Assembly (NCBI GenBank): GCA_002633005.1
Contig: NMRA01000260.1
Coordinates: 499,292-563,291, forward strand
Source: Phoronis australis
Lineage: Eukaryota > Animalia > Phoronida
DNA length: 64,000 nt
Direction of reading: 5' to 3'
The notes under the pieces are model-generated. The model was not told where the DNA came from. It saw nothing but the letters and a program-made list of their open reading frames with translations, and made no database searches. Positions 60,772 to 64,000 of this stretch are shown here, one piece after another. Each line of letters starts with the position of its first letter. The first letter of the stretch is position 1. Position numbers and translations under genes: made by a program.

Positions 60772-62082
60772 TGTGAATTTGTTGAGGATATTGTCTGGGA
60801 AGTGTTGAAGAACAAAATTCAGTTCCTAAGCCAAGAAACAATTTACTGACATTTGAAACGTGAGGGCATTTCGGGACACTTTGTACAGTTGTCCGAAATT
60901 CATCAATTTCCTTGAAACTCATCTCAGATAGACACAAATCATTTAATGTACTTTTATATTTGGGGATCTGATTGTCACGTGGTGTATATCTTGCCGGTAG
61001 GCGGTTGAAATAACACAATTTGATTTGGATGTAATAATGAGTATATTGACTAAATGTTTGAATTTCCCTAAATGGATAATCATAAAGATTAATAAAGAAG
61101 CCTAATTTAATCAGTCTGTGATCATGTTTCCCATTCCTGGCGTCGGCCTTGGATCCAGTGTTATACTTGTTACGAGGAGTTTCCTCTTCTCTTGATCATT
61201 CGATCCAGTCTTCCAAGCAGTCTTCACTTGATGATATGCTTCGGAATAACTATGAAGTTCAGTCCATCGAACAACATATATGTTAACATGAATTCAGTCC
61301 ATCGAATTCTAGATACAATGTACCCTCTTTGAAATTCAGTCCATCGAATTTCTGCTACACGTATCGGATTGAAATTCAGTCCATCGAATTTCTACAGCTT
61401 GTGATATTTCTCAGCAAACCAGTAGCATCTCTTCAGGAATATCTGCGATATCTCTCTAGCAAGCTGGTTGCCTCTCTCCAAGAAATATCTAATACCTCTA
61501 TACCAATCTGGTTGCCTCTTGTTGGAAATATGTCTTCTTGAAAAGCTAACGGTATACTTATACTCAAACAGAATAAAGGTGGGCGGGTTAGATCAAAACA
61601 TAAAACCCACTAACTTCCTCCAAATGTACTCATAGTCCCAAAACAACTTCCCAGAATAACATCATCAGATTCCACATATGAACCTAAGCTTTCGCCAAAT
61701 ATGGTCACGGACAGACAAATCTTTAAGTAATTTCTGCTGAATAATAACAAGACTATTGTTGTTGTCAGAACTGGCTAACCCCACAGTTGACCAATTCCGG
61801 TGAATTTAAAGTTACATAATTTTGCTAGCAGAACATAAACACATGGTTAGAGACAAACATGCTGATTCATTTCCTATGCACTCATAGGAGGCAATAAATT
61901 TCAGTAAACAACTAATACCCTTAATTAATTACACAACAACCACTATATAATTAATTAATACTTATACTTCTCATGTAATAATATTCTCATGTACATAGTC
62001 AACCCAAGTTCTAATGTGTTTGTATCATACTTTAATGATAAATAAATGACATGTTCATCCTACATAAAATCTCCCCGTAACA
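60772..62082 (-). mobile_element. Probable solo LTR (~1.3 kb)
   Basis: Minus strand begins TGTTACGGGG and ends TTCACA; degenerate flanks ctgagt/ctgata; TATA-like (~61560) and ATTAAA (~60945) in the expected order; internal ~40-bp repeats; no gag/pol. Confidence 0.4.
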
Positions 62083-62806
62083 CTGATAATAGATCGAAAT
62101 GTCCCTATGTTGGCCTTCTACTAATTCATGGAAGCATTGTCATTTCTTACAAGATTAGCTTGTAACTGCAAAAATCAGCTCTTAATCAGTCTAATTCATA
62201 GATTCATAAACATGTAAATCAGAAACCAACACTCAAATCCATGAACAATGTGTTTACCTTAATTGAAGGACTTAATTCCTTTTTGATCCCATGTTAGTGA
62301 CTTTAAACAACAAATCTTGTACCGAAGTCAAAAAGCAATGCATTTATTGTCATGTGAATTGTCAGTAATTGTTCGGAAGTCTCCAAACTTCATCAATGTC
62401 CTTGAGAATTATTTTAGACGGGCTAGAAGTTGTTTTTGTAAAATGTTTTGATGCTGCTGTGCTGTGTACAAATATTTTGTGTTTTGTGATGAATTTGGAA
62501 TTCCAACGTCCCTCGTGAAAACTAGACAGTATCGGATTTACATGTGCAGATAGAGGGACAAAGGGACATTTCTCTGACCTGCTCCACCGAGAGAGGGTTC
62601 CGTCTGAAGTAGAACACCTTAATTATGAAAGGCTATACATCATTAAGCTTGGAAAAGAGTGACATTTCATTCCAGCTTCGTGTCGTCACAACACTTCGCA
62701 GGAAGTGACCTTCCTCAACATGAAAGTTGGTTGCACGATTTCACAAAAAAACAGGAAACTAGACGTAATCGTGTCCAACTTTGGGCCCTCTCTCCGTGAG
62801 TGGACC

Positions 62807-63119
62807 AAAAAGCGACAGTTGTCTCCGTTATCACTTGCCAGAGAGGGGTTTCTCGAAAAATGTGGTTTTGCACTCATATTGTCAATAAAAACATAAAAAG
62901 GTGGCCACTTGAATGTCACCAATGGCCTTCTTCAAGGGTGGGGCCCCTCAATATGAAAATATCTATATTTTTAAAAATCCAGAAATGTGCAGCAATTGAT
63001 GATATCTGTCAGATCATCAATTTGTCTCAAGTGATATACAACTCGAGAAAAAGCGACAGTTGTCTCCGTTATCACTTGCCAGAGAGGGGTGTCTCGAAAA
63101 ATGTGATTTTGCACTCATA
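62807..63119 (+). repeat. 72-bp direct repeat, 2 copies (62807-62878, 63048-63119)
   Basis: aaaaagcgacagttgtctccgttatcacttgccagagagggg.. with 2 mismatches. Confidence 0.85.
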
Positions 63120-64000
63120 AAATTGACTAATCGAATTTAAAGATCAAGTAAATCAATATGCTCTGCAAAGTGGATTCGTTTTACATTTTTTTTCGATTTT
63201 TATAAATATACGCATGAATTATTACGTGAACGTTTTCATATGCGTTTAGACAACCTGTGTTGCGAAACCGGCGACCAAAGTAATGTGACGGGACGTTCGT
63301 AACTACGCTTTTTGTTATTCTTATTTAGTTACAAATGTTCAGTTATTCTTATGCTTATGTCTTTGTTGCGTCTCAGTGCGCCTTTGTTACGTGGGCATGC
63401 GGGCGCGACTGTATGTGTCGGGCACTTCGCTAGCGACAGGTTTAGGAGAAGGGTGTTTCCTTCCTTTGGTTATCATGTGTAACTGAACTGAAACGTATGC
63501 CTGATGAGATGAAATACACATTTTTGATGTTCAGTGGAGACTTGCTCTGTTACAGTAACAATGGCCGGGGTCCTCAAAAGGTAAATCATGCACTCGTGCA
63601 GAGTTGTTAAGAGCAATTCCATATAAAAACCAGATGGTGGGCTATATATGCAAAATCACCAATTTTTTTGAAACTTAGCATATCAGCTGGCCTTGTCAAA
63701 AGAAACCTGAGCCTGAATTTTTAAGAGTTTCCGAGTTTTTTTTAACCCTTTTTACGACCACTTTGTACTTTTTCCGAAAAATAGCAAATAATAGTACTTG
63801 GAAGTAGGTGAATTTTTGTCAGCAACAACACATCATCGCTTCACGCTATAGAAAAAATAACTATATAGCAGAAAGAAGAAAGAATAACGTACAAGAAAAA
63901 CTAGTTCGGATGGATTTTTTGATTTTTTATGTCCTCCCATTTTAGCCTACAAAAATGTCATTTTCACTGCTTATTATTAAGGCCATTTTTACGCATTTTT

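Noticed and set aside
61253-61393. Four copies of TGAA(A/G)TTCAGTCCATCGAA at 36-41 bp period, superficially CRISPR-like
   Set aside because: Eukaryotic context, no cas genes, spacers are short and partly similar to each other; best read as a degenerate tandem repeat inside a probable LTR
63607-64000. Possible DNA-transposon left end (TTAAGAGCAATTCCAT...)
   Set aside because: The partner terminus would lie outside the window, so it cannot be supported

Overview
AT-rich, intron- and repeat-rich eukaryotic DNA, most likely from a marine invertebrate; the species cannot be determined from the sequence. The core is a head-to-head pair of intact 10-exon nicotinic-acetylcholine-receptor-like (Cys-loop, cation-type) subunit genes, reconstructed by hand: gene A (minus, 3684-21830, 473 aa) and gene B (plus, 29543-51337, 467 aa). 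A decayed third paralog C lies on the minus strand at about 54400-60750. Both intact subunits are atypical in the same ways: loop C lacks the vicinal cysteines and carries an N-glycosylation sequon (YNHT), the M2 9' gate Leu is Val with Phe at 13', and the loop-2 coupling Glu is Gln. A 4.4-kb tandem duplication meeting at a single N (25458) contains both first exons and is probably an allelic assembly artefact. The rest is transposon debris: an RNase H-bearing LINE, a CR1-like LINE, an Academ-like relic, many MITEs with 5-bp TSDs, a 640-bp foldback and a probable solo LTR. TACATGTA is strongly over-represented, and paralog comparison shows it arises as a 6-nt insertion at TA, matching a Tc1/mariner excision footprint. 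Most ORFs in the supplied track are spurious. All alignments and counts were made by eye.
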